From: Myxococcales bacterium
GTDB taxonomy: Bacteria; Myxococcota_A; UBA9042
Direction: 5' to 3'
Assembly: GCA_037441385.1 (NCBI GenBank)
Contig: JBBISH010000072.1
Location: 1-33,390 of the forward strand
Length of the DNA stretch: 33,390 bases
In this document: piece after piece, positions 16,250 through 25,204 of the stretch
Layout: every line of letters begins with the position of its first letter
Position numbering within the stretch: position 1 is the first letter of the stretch
Program-made: the position numbers and the translations under genes
Notes under the pieces: model-generated
The model's input: the letters and a program-made list of their open reading frames with translations, nothing else
The model's database searches: none
What the model was told of the DNA's origin: nothing

Positions 16250-17440
16250 ATGTTCGCATCCGCTCGCCAACTCGGTTTGGCCCTTCTGACTTTGACCGCC
16301 AGTCTGTCGGGCTGCGTGGTCGCTACCGGCACGCCCCAGCCCGCCGGCACCACGGTCGCAGGCACCGCCAGCTTTGTCCTGGCCTGGACCGTCGCGGGCC
16401 AGCCCGCAAGTTCGGGCTGTGGAGCCAAGGGCTTGGTCACGGTCGACGCGCTGATCCTAGACGCCGCCAAGGCCAAGATCCTGGGCAAAGCCTCTGCCGC
16501 GTGCACGGCTGGTCAGGTCACGATCCAGAATTTACCAGCAACCAGCGGCACTTGGCTCCAGATCGACGGCTACACCGCCAGCGACCCGGCCGGCAGCCCT
16601 AGCTGGGGCAACGACCCGCTCAGCGGTCCCTTCGTGTTGATCTCCAACAAGATCGGTCAGCCCGATGCGCCCATCGACCTGGTCAAGCTGCAAGGCGCCC
16701 CGACCGGCCAAGGCAACGTCTACGTGACATGGAGCATCAAGGGCAAGCCAGCCGCCAGTGGCTGCGGCGACTTTGGCATCAACACGGTGACGGTGCACGT
16801 CAAAGACGACAAGAAGAACGAACTCGCCTACATCGAAGCGCCCTGCAGCGCCGGCAACGCCACGATCGCCAAGGTGCCCGCCGGCAGCGCGCGCTACGTG
16901 CAGATCGACGCCTTTGGCCCCAAATTGCCAGAGAGTTGGGGCAACATCAGCCTCGCCGGCCCGTTCGCCGTGGTCGCGAACCAAACCGCCAGCGCCCCCA
17001 GCGCCATCGACTTGGACCGCCGCTCGGTGCTCAGCTTTGACTGGGGCTTTGCCAGCGGCACCTGCGCCAGCAACGGCGTCGCCACGGTCTACGTGCAAGT
17101 CCGCGACAAGAACAACCAAGTCGTGGTGCCCATGACCGATGCCTGGGCCGCCAAGCCCTGCGACTTGTCGACCGCGTCCAGCTACGACGCGCGCGTCATC
17201 GACTACGACCATGCCACGCCGACGTGCGCGATTCCGCCCAACGCCAAGGGCTTGGTGGTCTGCAACGCGCCAGCCGGCGGCATCGGCCTGATGCTCACCG
17301 GCACGGGCGCCAACAGCACCAATCCGCTGGTCGGCGGCAGCATGAATGTGTTGAATTACCAAGCGGGTACCGAAGTCGACTCGCTGACTCCGATCCTGCT
17401 CGCGCCCTGCTCTGGCGCCAATCCCTGCCAACAGCCCTGA
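16250..17440 (+). CDS. Cys-containing repeat lipoprotein of unknown function
   Basis: RBS GAGG; lipobox SLSG-C; two clear ~115-aa repeats (W..G.PA.SGCG...TV...C.AG..TI..PA...QID...SWGN..L.GPF) and a divergent third. Confidence 0.8.
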   Translation: MFASARQLGLALLTLTASLSGCVVATGTPQPAGTTVAGTASFVLAWTVAGQPASSGCGAKGLVTVDALILDAAKAKILGKASAACTAGQVTIQNLPATSGTWLQIDGYTASDPAGSPSWGNDPLSGPFVLISNKIGQPDAPIDLVKLQGAPTGQGNVYVTWSIKGKPAASGCGDFGINTVTVHVKDDKKNELAYIEAPCSAGNATIAKVPAGSARYVQIDAFGPKLPESWGNISLAGPFAVVANQTASAPSAIDLDRRSVLSFDWGFASGTCASNGVATVYVQVRDKNNQVVVPMTDAWAAKPCDLSTASSYDARVIDYDHATPTCAIPPNAKGLVVCNAPAGGIGLMLTGTGANSTNPLVGGSMNVLNYQAGTEVDSLTPILLAPCSGANPCQQP

Positions 17441-17448
17441 ACGAGTCC

Positions 17449-17607
17449 CTAGACATCGGATCAATTAGGACTTTCTCCGCACATCCGAACCTTCGACTAC
17501 GGCGCGGCGAGTCGCTGAAGGCGCTCGCTTGCGCCCCACGTGGGGCTAGAGACGCGGCCAAAGCGGCAATTACTGAACAAATGAGCAGTAGTTGGTCGCG
17601 TCTCTAG
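17449..17607 (-). repeat. Uninterrupted B+C composite repeat, copy 2 (CTAG-C-CTAG-B-CTAG)
   Basis: CTAG at 17449, 17546 and 17604; inverted relative to 14759-15093; the last CTAG contains the livF stop. Confidence 0.9.
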
Positions 17608-18326
17608 CCGTCGCCCAGGTAGGCCGCCTGCACCTTCGGGTCGGCCAGCAGCTCGGCGCCCGTGCCCTCGGCAATCACCGACCCCGTCTCGAGCACATAG
17701 GCGCGCGACGCGATCTTCAGCGCCATGCGGGCGTTCTGCTCCACCAGCAAGATGGTGGTGCCCTGACGGTTCAACTCCAGGATCACGTCGAAAATCCGCT
17801 GGACAATCAAGGGCGCCAGCCCCAGCGACGGCTCGTCCAAGAGCAGCAGCCGCGGCCGGATCATCATGGCGCGACCCACCGCCAACATCTGCTGCTCGCC
17901 GCCAGAGAGCGTGCCGGCCAACTGCGCGCGCCGCTCGAGCAACACCGGGAACAGGCCGAAGATCTTCTCCAAGTCCTGACGAATACCGTCTTTGTCGTCG
18001 CGGATGTAGGCGCCCAGGGCCAAGTTCTCGGCCACGGACAGGCGCGGGAACACCCTTCGGCCTTCGGGGCAATGGGCGATGCCGCACGTGACGATCTGGT
18101 GCGCCGGCAGGGGCAGCAAGTCCTTGCCCTCAAAGGTGATCTTGCCAGCCTTGGGCTTGTGCAGACCCGAGATGCAAGTGAGCGTGGTGGTCTTGCCCGC
18201 GCCGTTGGCGCCAATTAGCGTCACGATTTCGCCCACTTGCACCTTCAGCGAAATGCCGTGTAGCACCTCGATGGCGCCGTGGGCAGCGCGGATCTGCTCG
18301 ACCTCCAGCATCGCTCCCGCCGTCAT
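17604..18326 (-). CDS. livF: Branched-chain amino acid ABC transporter ATPase LivF
   Basis: GANGAGKTT, PEGRRVF, LSGGEQQMLA, LLLDEPSLGLAP, VEQNA. Confidence 0.92.
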   Translation of the reverse strand: MTAGAMLEVEQIRAAHGAIEVLHGISLKVQVGEIVTLIGANGAGKTTTLTCISGLHKPKAGKITFEGKDLLPLPAHQIVTCGIAHCPEGRRVFPRLSVAENLALGAYIRDDKDGIRQDLEKIFGLFPVLLERRAQLAGTLSGGEQQMLAVGRAMMIRPRLLLLDEPSLGLAPLIVQRIFDVILELNRQGTTILLVEQNARMALKIASRAYVLETGSVIAEGTGAELLADPKVQAAYLGDG

Positions 18327-18329
18327 GCG

Positions 18330-19583
18330 CTAGTGCCCCCCATCGTCGGCGCCCAGATAGGCCTCGATCACCTTGGGATCGCGGCGGATTTCGTCGGGCG
18401 TACCGTGCGCGATGCGCTTGCCGTGGACCAGCACGGTGATGTGGTCGCTGATGCCCATGACGACCCGCATGTGGTGCTCGATGAGCAGGACCGTCACACC
18501 GCGGTCGCGGATAGCCCGCACCAGCGCCATCAATTCCACGGTCTCGGACGGGTTCATGCCGGCGGCCGGTTCGTCCAAAAGCAGCAGCTTGGGCCGTGTC
18601 GCCAGGGCGCGCGCGACCTCCAACCGCCGTTGCTCACCGTAGGCCAGACTGTTGGCCAGGTCGCCAGCGCGACGGTCCAAGCCCACGAATTTCAACAGCT
18701 CCATCGCCTCTTGCCGTGCCACCGCTTCCACAATCCGGCTCGCCCCGGTCAGCGTGCCGCGCCGCGTCAGGCGTACCAGCCAGGCCAACGCCGCGCCAAC
18801 CAGCGCCACCAGCAGCACCGACGGCACGGTCTCGTCGTCGACGCCGTCGCCGGTGGTCCAGCCCAGGCCCACCATGGCCAGCACGCACACGGCCGGCAGC
18901 CCCAGGTCCAGCCACGCGCCATGCGGGAAACGCCCATCCAGTGCGGATCTGGCCGCTCCGCCGCTTCCAACTGTGCCGCGCCGCAGGTGCCGATCCATCG
19001 CGACCAGCACGTTTTCGAGCACGCCCATGTGGTGGAACAGGCGGATATTCTGGAAGGTGCGCGCCACACCTTGCAGGGCTACGCCTTGTGGGGTCCGCCG
19101 ACTGCGCAGCCACACCGCCCGCGCTCCCAGCGCACCGATGACAAATCCGACCAGCGAGAACAGCAACATCAACATAGTGTTGCCGGCCGCAACGTGAGCA
19201 AACAGATCCGAAAACGCACCCGAGATTGTGAACTCCCAAGGCGGATGGGCCTTGATCACCGCCTTCCAAGTCGCGTCGATCCCGGCAGCGATGAAGAGGA
19301 ACAGCAGGCTCGACGCCAGCCCCGTAGCGAGCCAGCCGGACACGACTTTGCCGGTCATCGGTGCGCGCACGTCGCGGCCGTCCAAGTGGACCTCGCCGGA
19401 GGTGGGCTCGTAGATGCCAGTAATCGCGTTGAAAAGACTGGTCTTTCCGGCGCCATTGGGACCGATGACCGCCGCGATCTCGCCCGGCCGCACGTCCAAG
19501 TCGACTTCGCTGACCGCCGTAAGGCCGCCAAAGCGCAAAGTCAATTTGCGCACGCTGAGCAGCGAAGTAGCCGGCGCGCTCAC
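18330..19583 (-). CDS. livG: LivG-type ABC ATPase with two hydrophobic insertions (417 aa)
   Basis: LRFGGLTAV, GPNGAGKT, ARTFQNIRLF, LAYGEQRRLE, LLLDEPAAGMNPSE, IEHHM, VIEAYLG; extra segments at about aa 74-162 and 203-275. Confidence 0.88.
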   Translation of the reverse strand: MSAPATSLLSVRKLTLRFGGLTAVSEVDLDVRPGEIAAVIGPNGAGKTSLFNAITGIYEPTSGEVHLDGRDVRAPMTGKVVSGWLATGLASSLLFLFIAAGIDATWKAVIKAHPPWEFTISGAFSDLFAHVAAGNTMLMLLFSLVGFVIGALGARAVWLRSRRTPQGVALQGVARTFQNIRLFHHMGVLENVLVAMDRHLRRGTVGSGGAARSALDGRFPHGAWLDLGLPAVCVLAMVGLGWTTGDGVDDETVPSVLLVALVGAALAWLVRLTRRGTLTGASRIVEAVARQEAMELLKFVGLDRRAGDLANSLAYGEQRRLEVARALATRPKLLLLDEPAAGMNPSETVELMALVRAIRDRGVTVLLIEHHMRVVMGISDHITVLVHGKRIAHGTPDEIRRDPKVIEAYLGADDGGH

Positions 19584-20680
19584 GCTTCCTCCGGTTCTTC
19601 GTGCAGTTCTGCGGCCACGCGGCGGGCCGGGAACAGCCCCTCTGGGCGCAGCCGCATCATGAAGATCAGCGCAAAACCAAACAGGAACCAGCGCCAGGAC
19701 GAGAAGCGCGCCAGCGGGTGCGAGGCATCGCCTACTGCCACTTGGATGCCCCGGTCGAGTAGCGGCGACAGCACGTTGTCAAAACCGATGAGCAGCGCCG
19801 CACCCAGCAGCGCGCCGCGGAGCGAGCCCAAACCGCCGATGATCAGACAGCAAAGCACCATCACCGCGTTGTTGAAGTCGTAGTTGGTGGGGTCGGCGGT
19901 GGTGGTCAGGTTGGTGGCGTACAGGCAGCCGGCCAGGCCCGACAGCGCGGCGCCGCCGGCAAACGCCATCAGCTTGATGCGCCCCGGGTCCAGGCCCATG
20001 CAGGCCGCGGCCAACTCGTCTTCGCGCAGGGCCACGAAGGCCCGGCCGATCCGGGTATTTTCGATGACTTTGAGCACCACCACCGCCGCCACGAGCACGA
20101 GCAGCGCGGTGTAGTACATCACCAGCAGGTTGGCCTCGCCGGCGTCGCCCGCGCCCAGCCAGTCGCGAAGCCACGACGGGGTCCACACTTCGGGCACCGG
20201 GTTCAGGCCGCGCGGACCGTCAGTAATGTTCTCCAAATTGATGAGCACTGTGCGCAGGACTTCGCCAAAGCCGATCGTCACGATCGCCAGATAGTCGCCC
20301 CGCAGCCGCAACGTGGGGGCGCCGATCACCGCGCCCGCCACCGCCGCCACCAGCGGCGCACAGACCAAGGCACCCCAAAATCCAAAGTGGAATGGGTACT
20401 TGTCTACGGTCATCACGCCGGTCGCCATCGCGCCAATACCAAAGAACGCCGCAATACCCAGCTGCAGCAGGCCCGCGTAGCCCACCTGGACGTTTAGCGC
20501 CACCACCAAGATGCCGTAGACAAAGATGGTCACCAGCCGCTGGTCCAAGTGGAGTTGCAGGCCCGCCGCCTCGCCAGCCAGATCGAACACTGGGAAAATT
20601 GGGTAAAGAACTGCAAAAATCAGCAGCAACGACTCAGTCGTCAAGTACCGCTTCCAACCTCTTGGTGCAACCACGGCCAT
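19580..20680 (-). CDS. livM: Branched-chain amino acid ABC permease LivM
   Basis: GYAGLLQLG, LRLRGDYLAIVTIGFGE, GRAFVALREDE, GGLGS, RPEGL. Confidence 0.9.
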   Translation of the reverse strand: MAVVAPRGWKRYLTTESLLLIFAVLYPIFPVFDLAGEAAGLQLHLDQRLVTIFVYGILVVALNVQVGYAGLLQLGIAAFFGIGAMATGVMTVDKYPFHFGFWGALVCAPLVAAVAGAVIGAPTLRLRGDYLAIVTIGFGEVLRTVLINLENITDGPRGLNPVPEVWTPSWLRDWLGAGDAGEANLLVMYYTALLVLVAAVVVLKVIENTRIGRAFVALREDELAAACMGLDPGRIKLMAFAGGAALSGLAGCLYATNLTTTADPTNYDFNNAVMVLCCLIIGGLGSLRGALLGAALLIGFDNVLSPLLDRGIQVAVGDASHPLARFSSWRWFLFGFALIFMMRLRPEGLFPARRVAAELHEEPEEA

Positions 20681-20683
20681 TGA

Positions 20684-21634
20684 CTACACTTTCTCCCGCG
20701 CCGTGGACCCAAGCAGACCCGCCGGACGGAACACCAGCAGCACGATCAGAATCCCGAACAGCACCGCCGGCTGCCATTGCGCGCCGATGAATTGGTCCGA
20801 GAACGCCCGCACCAGGCCTAGCAGCAAGCCGCCCAGCACCGCGCCCGGGATGTTGCCGATGCCACCCACCACCGCCGCAGTAAAGGCATACAGGCCGTTC
20901 TGGTAGCCCATCTGGTAGTACACCGTGTTGATGTACAAGGCGTAGACCACCGCGGCAAACCCCGCCAGACCGCCGCCCACCAAGAAGGTCGCGGCCACCA
21001 CCCGATCCACGTCCACGCCCATCAGCCGCGCCGCTTGCGGGTCCTGGGCCGTGGCGCGCATGGCCATCCCCAACTTGGTGCGCGTCACCAGCAAGAACAG
21101 CGCGGTCATCACGGCCAGCGAAGCCCCGATAACCAATACGTCTTTGAGCTGCAGCGTCAGGGCCGCGTCGCCCAGGAGGTTGTCGGTGGGCAGCAGCGCC
21201 GGGAACGACTTGGGCGCCGCCGGCTGCCCGCCGCCGCCAAAGACGTCGAGCGGCAAAGCCCCCCAAATCAAACCGATGTTCTGCAGCACAAACGACACGC
21301 CGATGGCCGACACCAGCGGCGCCAACTTGGGCGCCTTGCGCAGCGGCTTGTAGACCAGCCGATCGATCAGCAGGTTGACCACGGCGCCAAAGCCCGAAGC
21401 GAGCACCAGCACCAGCGCCAGCTGCGCAAACAGGCTGAACCCTTGGGCATCCTGCAGGCCCGACGCGCCGACCAGCGTCAGGGCAAAGAACCCGGACAGC
21501 ATGAACACGTCGCCATGCGCAAAGTTGATGAACTCCAAGATGCCATACACCATGGTGTAACCCAGCGCGATCAAGGCAAAAACCATGCCATTGGTCAGGC
21601 CGAGCAGCAGCTGTTGCGCCAGGGTGTCGAGCAC
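20684..21634 (-). CDS. livH: Branched-chain amino acid ABC permease LivH
   Basis: ALIALGYTMVYGILEFINFAHGD, GMAMRATAQD, AFTAAVVGGIGNIPGA. GTG start at 21634 preceded by GGAG. Confidence 0.92.
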   Translation of the reverse strand: MLDTLAQQLLLGLTNGMVFALIALGYTMVYGILEFINFAHGDVFMLSGFFALTLVGASGLQDAQGFSLFAQLALVLVLASGFGAVVNLLIDRLVYKPLRKAPKLAPLVSAIGVSFVLQNIGLIWGALPLDVFGGGGQPAAPKSFPALLPTDNLLGDAALTLQLKDVLVIGASLAVMTALFLLVTRTKLGMAMRATAQDPQAARLMGVDVDRVVAATFLVGGGLAGFAAVVYALYINTVYYQMGYQNGLYAFTAAVVGGIGNIPGAVLGGLLLGLVRAFSDQFIGAQWQPAVLFGILIVLLVFRPAGLLGSTAREKV

Positions 21635-21672
21635 GCGAGGACTCCAGAGAACAGGGACGGGGGGGTGGAAGG

Positions 21673-23100
21673 CTACGGAGCGGTGGGCGTTGCGGCCGCG
21701 GGCACGCACTGCCACGCGGCGACTTTGGCGGGATCTTGGCCCTTGCCGTCGAAGAACAGCTGCGCTGAGGGGCCAAGGCCGACGCCCGAGCCCGGAGCCT
21801 GGGCCGGGGCTGGAACCGTTTCTGCTTTGGGCGCGCCCTCTTGCACGCCAAGCATCACCGAAAACACGAAGTTTCCATTCTGAACTATCGAACCCGACAT
21901 CGTGGTCAGGCTGGTGTCGCCATTGCTGTCAAAGTTCCAAGTGCCCAGCGCACCGGCGTCTTGCTTGTACTCGGTCATCGCCTTGCGGAGGCCCTCGCGG
22001 TCCTTCTTGCCGGTCTTGGCCAGCACATCCAGTGCCGTGCGGGCGGCCACGTAGCCGTAGACCGCATAACCCTCTGGCTCGCTGTGGAATTTGTCGCGGT
22101 ACTTCTTGACGAAGTCGGCGCCCTTGCCGGTCAGCTTGTCGGGCGGAACGCCGCCGAAGGTGACAAAGGCCCGCCCTTCCAGGTTCTTGGCGCCGCCGGC
22201 CTCGATGAACGCCTTCTCGAAGCAACCGTCGGGCACCATCAGCTTGGCCGGCAGGGCCACGGCCACCATGTCCTTGGCGATCTGCCCGGCGTTGGTCTGG
22301 GTGGTGCCGCCAAAGTACACGAAATCAGGGTTCAAGGCCTTGATCTTGGTCATCAGCGACCGGTACTCCTGCGCCTTGGGGTCGATGCCTTCGCGCCCAA
22401 GCACCTGCAGCCCGGTCTGCTTGGCCGTCAGTTCGAACACATCGGCGATGCCTTTGCCGTACAGACCGCGATCGTCCAGGATATACACGGACTTGGCGCC
22501 CAGCTTGTGCATCCACTCGCAAGCGGCCTTGCCTTGGATGTCGTCGGCCGGGACCACGCGGAAGTAGTTGACGTTGCCCGTGGGACGGTAGACCGCCGGC
22601 TCGTTGGCCTCACCCATGCCGGGCTTGGTCAGGCCGGTGTAGGTGTTGGCGGGCGAGATCATCACCAGCGCATTTTTGTTCAGGATCGGCATCGAGATCT
22701 TGGCCGCGCCCGAGTTGTACGTGCCGATGTAGAACATCACATCGGGGTCTTTGGCGGCCTTGTCGGCGTTGGCGGCTTCGACTTCGGGGTCCCAGTCGCC
22801 CTTCTTGGCGCTGGCGTCGTCCCAGTCCTCGTAGACCACTTGGAATTCACCGGCTTCGTTGCCCGCTTCCTCTAGCGCCATCTTGATGCCGTTGACGGTG
22901 GTGCTGGTCTGGGCGTTTGCCGAGCCGGTCCGCGGCAAACTCGAGACGATCTTGACCACGCCCGCGCTGCCGCCCGTGGGCTGGGCGTTGATGGCACCGG
23001 AACTGGCGCTAGCTGCGGCGTTTCCGGGCCGGCGGCGCGCGCACGAGGCATCCAAGACAGCGAGGAGCGCCAACACGAGCAAGAAGATTCGATTCGTCAC
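21673..23100 (-). CDS. livK: Branched-chain amino acid ABC substrate-binding lipoprotein (LivK/LivJ family)
   Basis: GTG start at 23100, lipobox-like LDAS-C; GTYNSG, ISPANT, NYFRVVPADDIQG, DDRGLYGKGIAD, GALGTWNFDSNGD. Confidence 0.85.
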   Translation of the reverse strand: MTNRIFLLVLALLAVLDASCARRRPGNAAASASSGAINAQPTGGSAGVVKIVSSLPRTGSANAQTSTTVNGIKMALEEAGNEAGEFQVVYEDWDDASAKKGDWDPEVEAANADKAAKDPDVMFYIGTYNSGAAKISMPILNKNALVMISPANTYTGLTKPGMGEANEPAVYRPTGNVNYFRVVPADDIQGKAACEWMHKLGAKSVYILDDRGLYGKGIADVFELTAKQTGLQVLGREGIDPKAQEYRSLMTKIKALNPDFVYFGGTTQTNAGQIAKDMVAVALPAKLMVPDGCFEKAFIEAGGAKNLEGRAFVTFGGVPPDKLTGKGADFVKKYRDKFHSEPEGYAVYGYVAARTALDVLAKTGKKDREGLRKAMTEYKQDAGALGTWNFDSNGDTSLTTMSGSIVQNGNFVFSVMLGVQEGAPKAETVPAPAQAPGSGVGLGPSAQLFFDGKGQDPAKVAAWQCVPAAATPTAP

Positions 23101-23251
23101 CAGAGAGCCTCGCCACGGCGGTTCAGTTCGGCGCGAGAGTACGCGAAAAGCAACGGCGAAACAACGGCCACAACCGCCGCGGTTGTCCATAATCCGCCGC
23201 GGTTGGCCGCCGCCCGCAGAAGTGCTACCGTTCGCGCCCCTGGAGGTGGCC

Positions 23252-24838
23252 ATGAGCAACACCGTGTTTGATACGCAACTGCAAGAGAACTACAAACAAC
23301 TCAAGGCGATGCAGGCCGTGGACCGCATCTGGCAGCGCGACGGCGCGCTGTTTTCGGACGACCTGGAGGTGGCGCGCGCCGTGCGGAACCGCCTGGGCTG
23401 GCTGTTTTGCAACGCCACGATGCGCAGCCACGTCGACCGCCTGGCCGTCATGGCCAAAGTGGTGGAACGGCAACGCTACGACCGCGTGGTGGTCATCGGC
23501 ATGGGCGGTTCGTCGCTGTGGCCCGAGGTGGTGGGCCGGCACCTGCAAGGGCGGCGCGGGTTGCCCATCCGCGTGGCCGACAGCACGCATCCCCTGGCGG
23601 TGGCAGAGCTTTTGGCCTGGTGCCAACAAGGCAAGGCCCTGTTCGTGGTGGCGACCAAGAGCGGCGGCACGGTCGAGACCGTGAGCCTGTACCGCTACTT
23701 CCGGCCCATTTTCGACGACGGGCAGCACTATGTGGCCATCACGGACGCGGGATCGAGCCTGGAGGCGCTCGCCAAGGCCGAGGGGTTCCGCGAGATCTTC
23801 ATCAACCCCTCTGACGTCGGCGGGCGTTTCTCGGCCGCAACGCTCTTTGGCCTAGTGCCGGCAGTGTTGGCCGGCGCGGTTCTACACGACGCCCTGCAAC
23901 GCGTGGAAGACATGCTGCAAGAGTGCCGCGAGCCCGATCCCAGCCTGAACCCAGGCGCACAGCTGGGGGCGTGGCTGGCCGCGGCTGAGCAAACCGGCCA
24001 CTGGCAAGTCCGCCTGGCGCTTGGCAAAGACGTGCGCAACTTTGGCGCGTGGGTCGAGCAACTGGTCGCAGAGTCGACGGGCAAGCTGGGCCACGGCGTG
24101 CTGCCCGTGCTGGGCGGCGTGGACCAGAACCACTTGGCCGCGGCGATGCAAGCCGGCGCCGTGGTGGGCTTGACGACGTTCGCCCACCCGGACGAGCCGT
24201 TCCTGCAGCAATGCCAAGAAGTCGGGGCCGCCGAGCTCAGCTTTGTCATGCCCGAGGTGACCGATCTCTGGGCCGAGGTCGTACGTTGGGAATTCGCCAC
24301 GGCCGTGTGCGGCTTGCTCCTGGGGATCAACCCGTTTGATGAGCCGGACGTGTCCAGCGCGAAGGCGGCGACGAACGCCCTGCTCAGCGGCAAAGAGCAG
24401 CCGGCCGAGCCCAGCCGCCGGGTCCAAATCACCGCGCTCAGCCAGCTGGCCAGCGAACTGCAGCCGGAGCTGAGCAGCTTGAAACCCGGTGACTATTTGG
24501 CGGTTTTGGCCTTCGTCGCCCCGACCACGGGCAACCTGCAGCGCCTGGAGGCCCTGCGGCAGAGTCTGCAAGACAAAACCGCCGCCGCCGTCACGGTGCA
24601 GGTCGGCCCGCGCTACCTGCACTCCACGGGTCAGCTCCACAAGGGCGGACCGCGCCAGGGCGTATTCGCAGTGGTCACCGACCTGAACCAGCCCGACGTG
24701 CCCGAAACGGCCATCCCTGGTGCAAGTTTTGGCTTTCGGCAGCTAGCGCAGGCACAATGTCAGGGCGACGTCTGGGTGCTGCGGCAGCGCGGCAAGCCGG
24801 TCGTCTTCGCCGACTGGGCGGCGGCGCGAGCGACCTGA
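23252..24838 (+). CDS. pgi: Glucose-6-phosphate isomerase of the type found in Tal-Pgi fusions, here stand-alone
   Basis: GMGGSSL, TKSGGTVET, VGGRFS, EQLVAESTGK, NPFDEPDV, GPRYLHSTGQLHKGG; GGAGG before ATG 23252. Confidence 0.85.
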   Translation: MSNTVFDTQLQENYKQLKAMQAVDRIWQRDGALFSDDLEVARAVRNRLGWLFCNATMRSHVDRLAVMAKVVERQRYDRVVVIGMGGSSLWPEVVGRHLQGRRGLPIRVADSTHPLAVAELLAWCQQGKALFVVATKSGGTVETVSLYRYFRPIFDDGQHYVAITDAGSSLEALAKAEGFREIFINPSDVGGRFSAATLFGLVPAVLAGAVLHDALQRVEDMLQECREPDPSLNPGAQLGAWLAAAEQTGHWQVRLALGKDVRNFGAWVEQLVAESTGKLGHGVLPVLGGVDQNHLAAAMQAGAVVGLTTFAHPDEPFLQQCQEVGAAELSFVMPEVTDLWAEVVRWEFATAVCGLLLGINPFDEPDVSSAKAATNALLSGKEQPAEPSRRVQITALSQLASELQPELSSLKPGDYLAVLAFVAPTTGNLQRLEALRQSLQDKTAAAVTVQVGPRYLHSTGQLHKGGPRQGVFAVVTDLNQPDVPETAIPGASFGFRQLAQAQCQGDVWVLRQRGKPVVFADWAAARAT

Positions 24839-24850
24839 CCGGAGAAAGTC

Positions 24851-25186
24851 ATGGATTTCGTTAACATGGAGATGCTGAACGGCCGCACGCTGCTGATGCT
24901 GTTCATCGCTGCGGGCGTGGGCTACTTCGCCATCAAGTGGACGGCCAACCTGATCATGGGCTTGCTGATCGGGCTCGCGGCCATCGGTGCGGTGGGCTGG
25001 CACACCGGCCTCATCACCAAAGACCGCGTGCGCACCGCCACGGCGGACTTGCGCGAAAAGGCCGGCGACGCCTTCAACGACGCCAGCGACAAGGCCAAGA
25101 ACATTGGCGAAAAACGCCACTCGACTTCGGCCGGCGGCGCGTCGCAGGTCAACGACGCCTACAAAAAGAACATCGACAATCGCTAG
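24851..25186 (+). CDS. Small hypothetical membrane protein (two TM segments plus charged helical tail)
   Basis: GGAG RBS; two hydrophobic stretches followed by an A/K/D-rich tail; codon usage consistent with neighbours. Confidence 0.7.
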   Translation: MDFVNMEMLNGRTLLMLFIAAGVGYFAIKWTANLIMGLLIGLAAIGAVGWHTGLITKDRVRTATADLREKAGDAFNDASDKAKNIGEKRHSTSAGGASQVNDAYKKNIDNR

Positions 25187-25204
25187 TTCGCGCCCGATCC
25201 GCCG

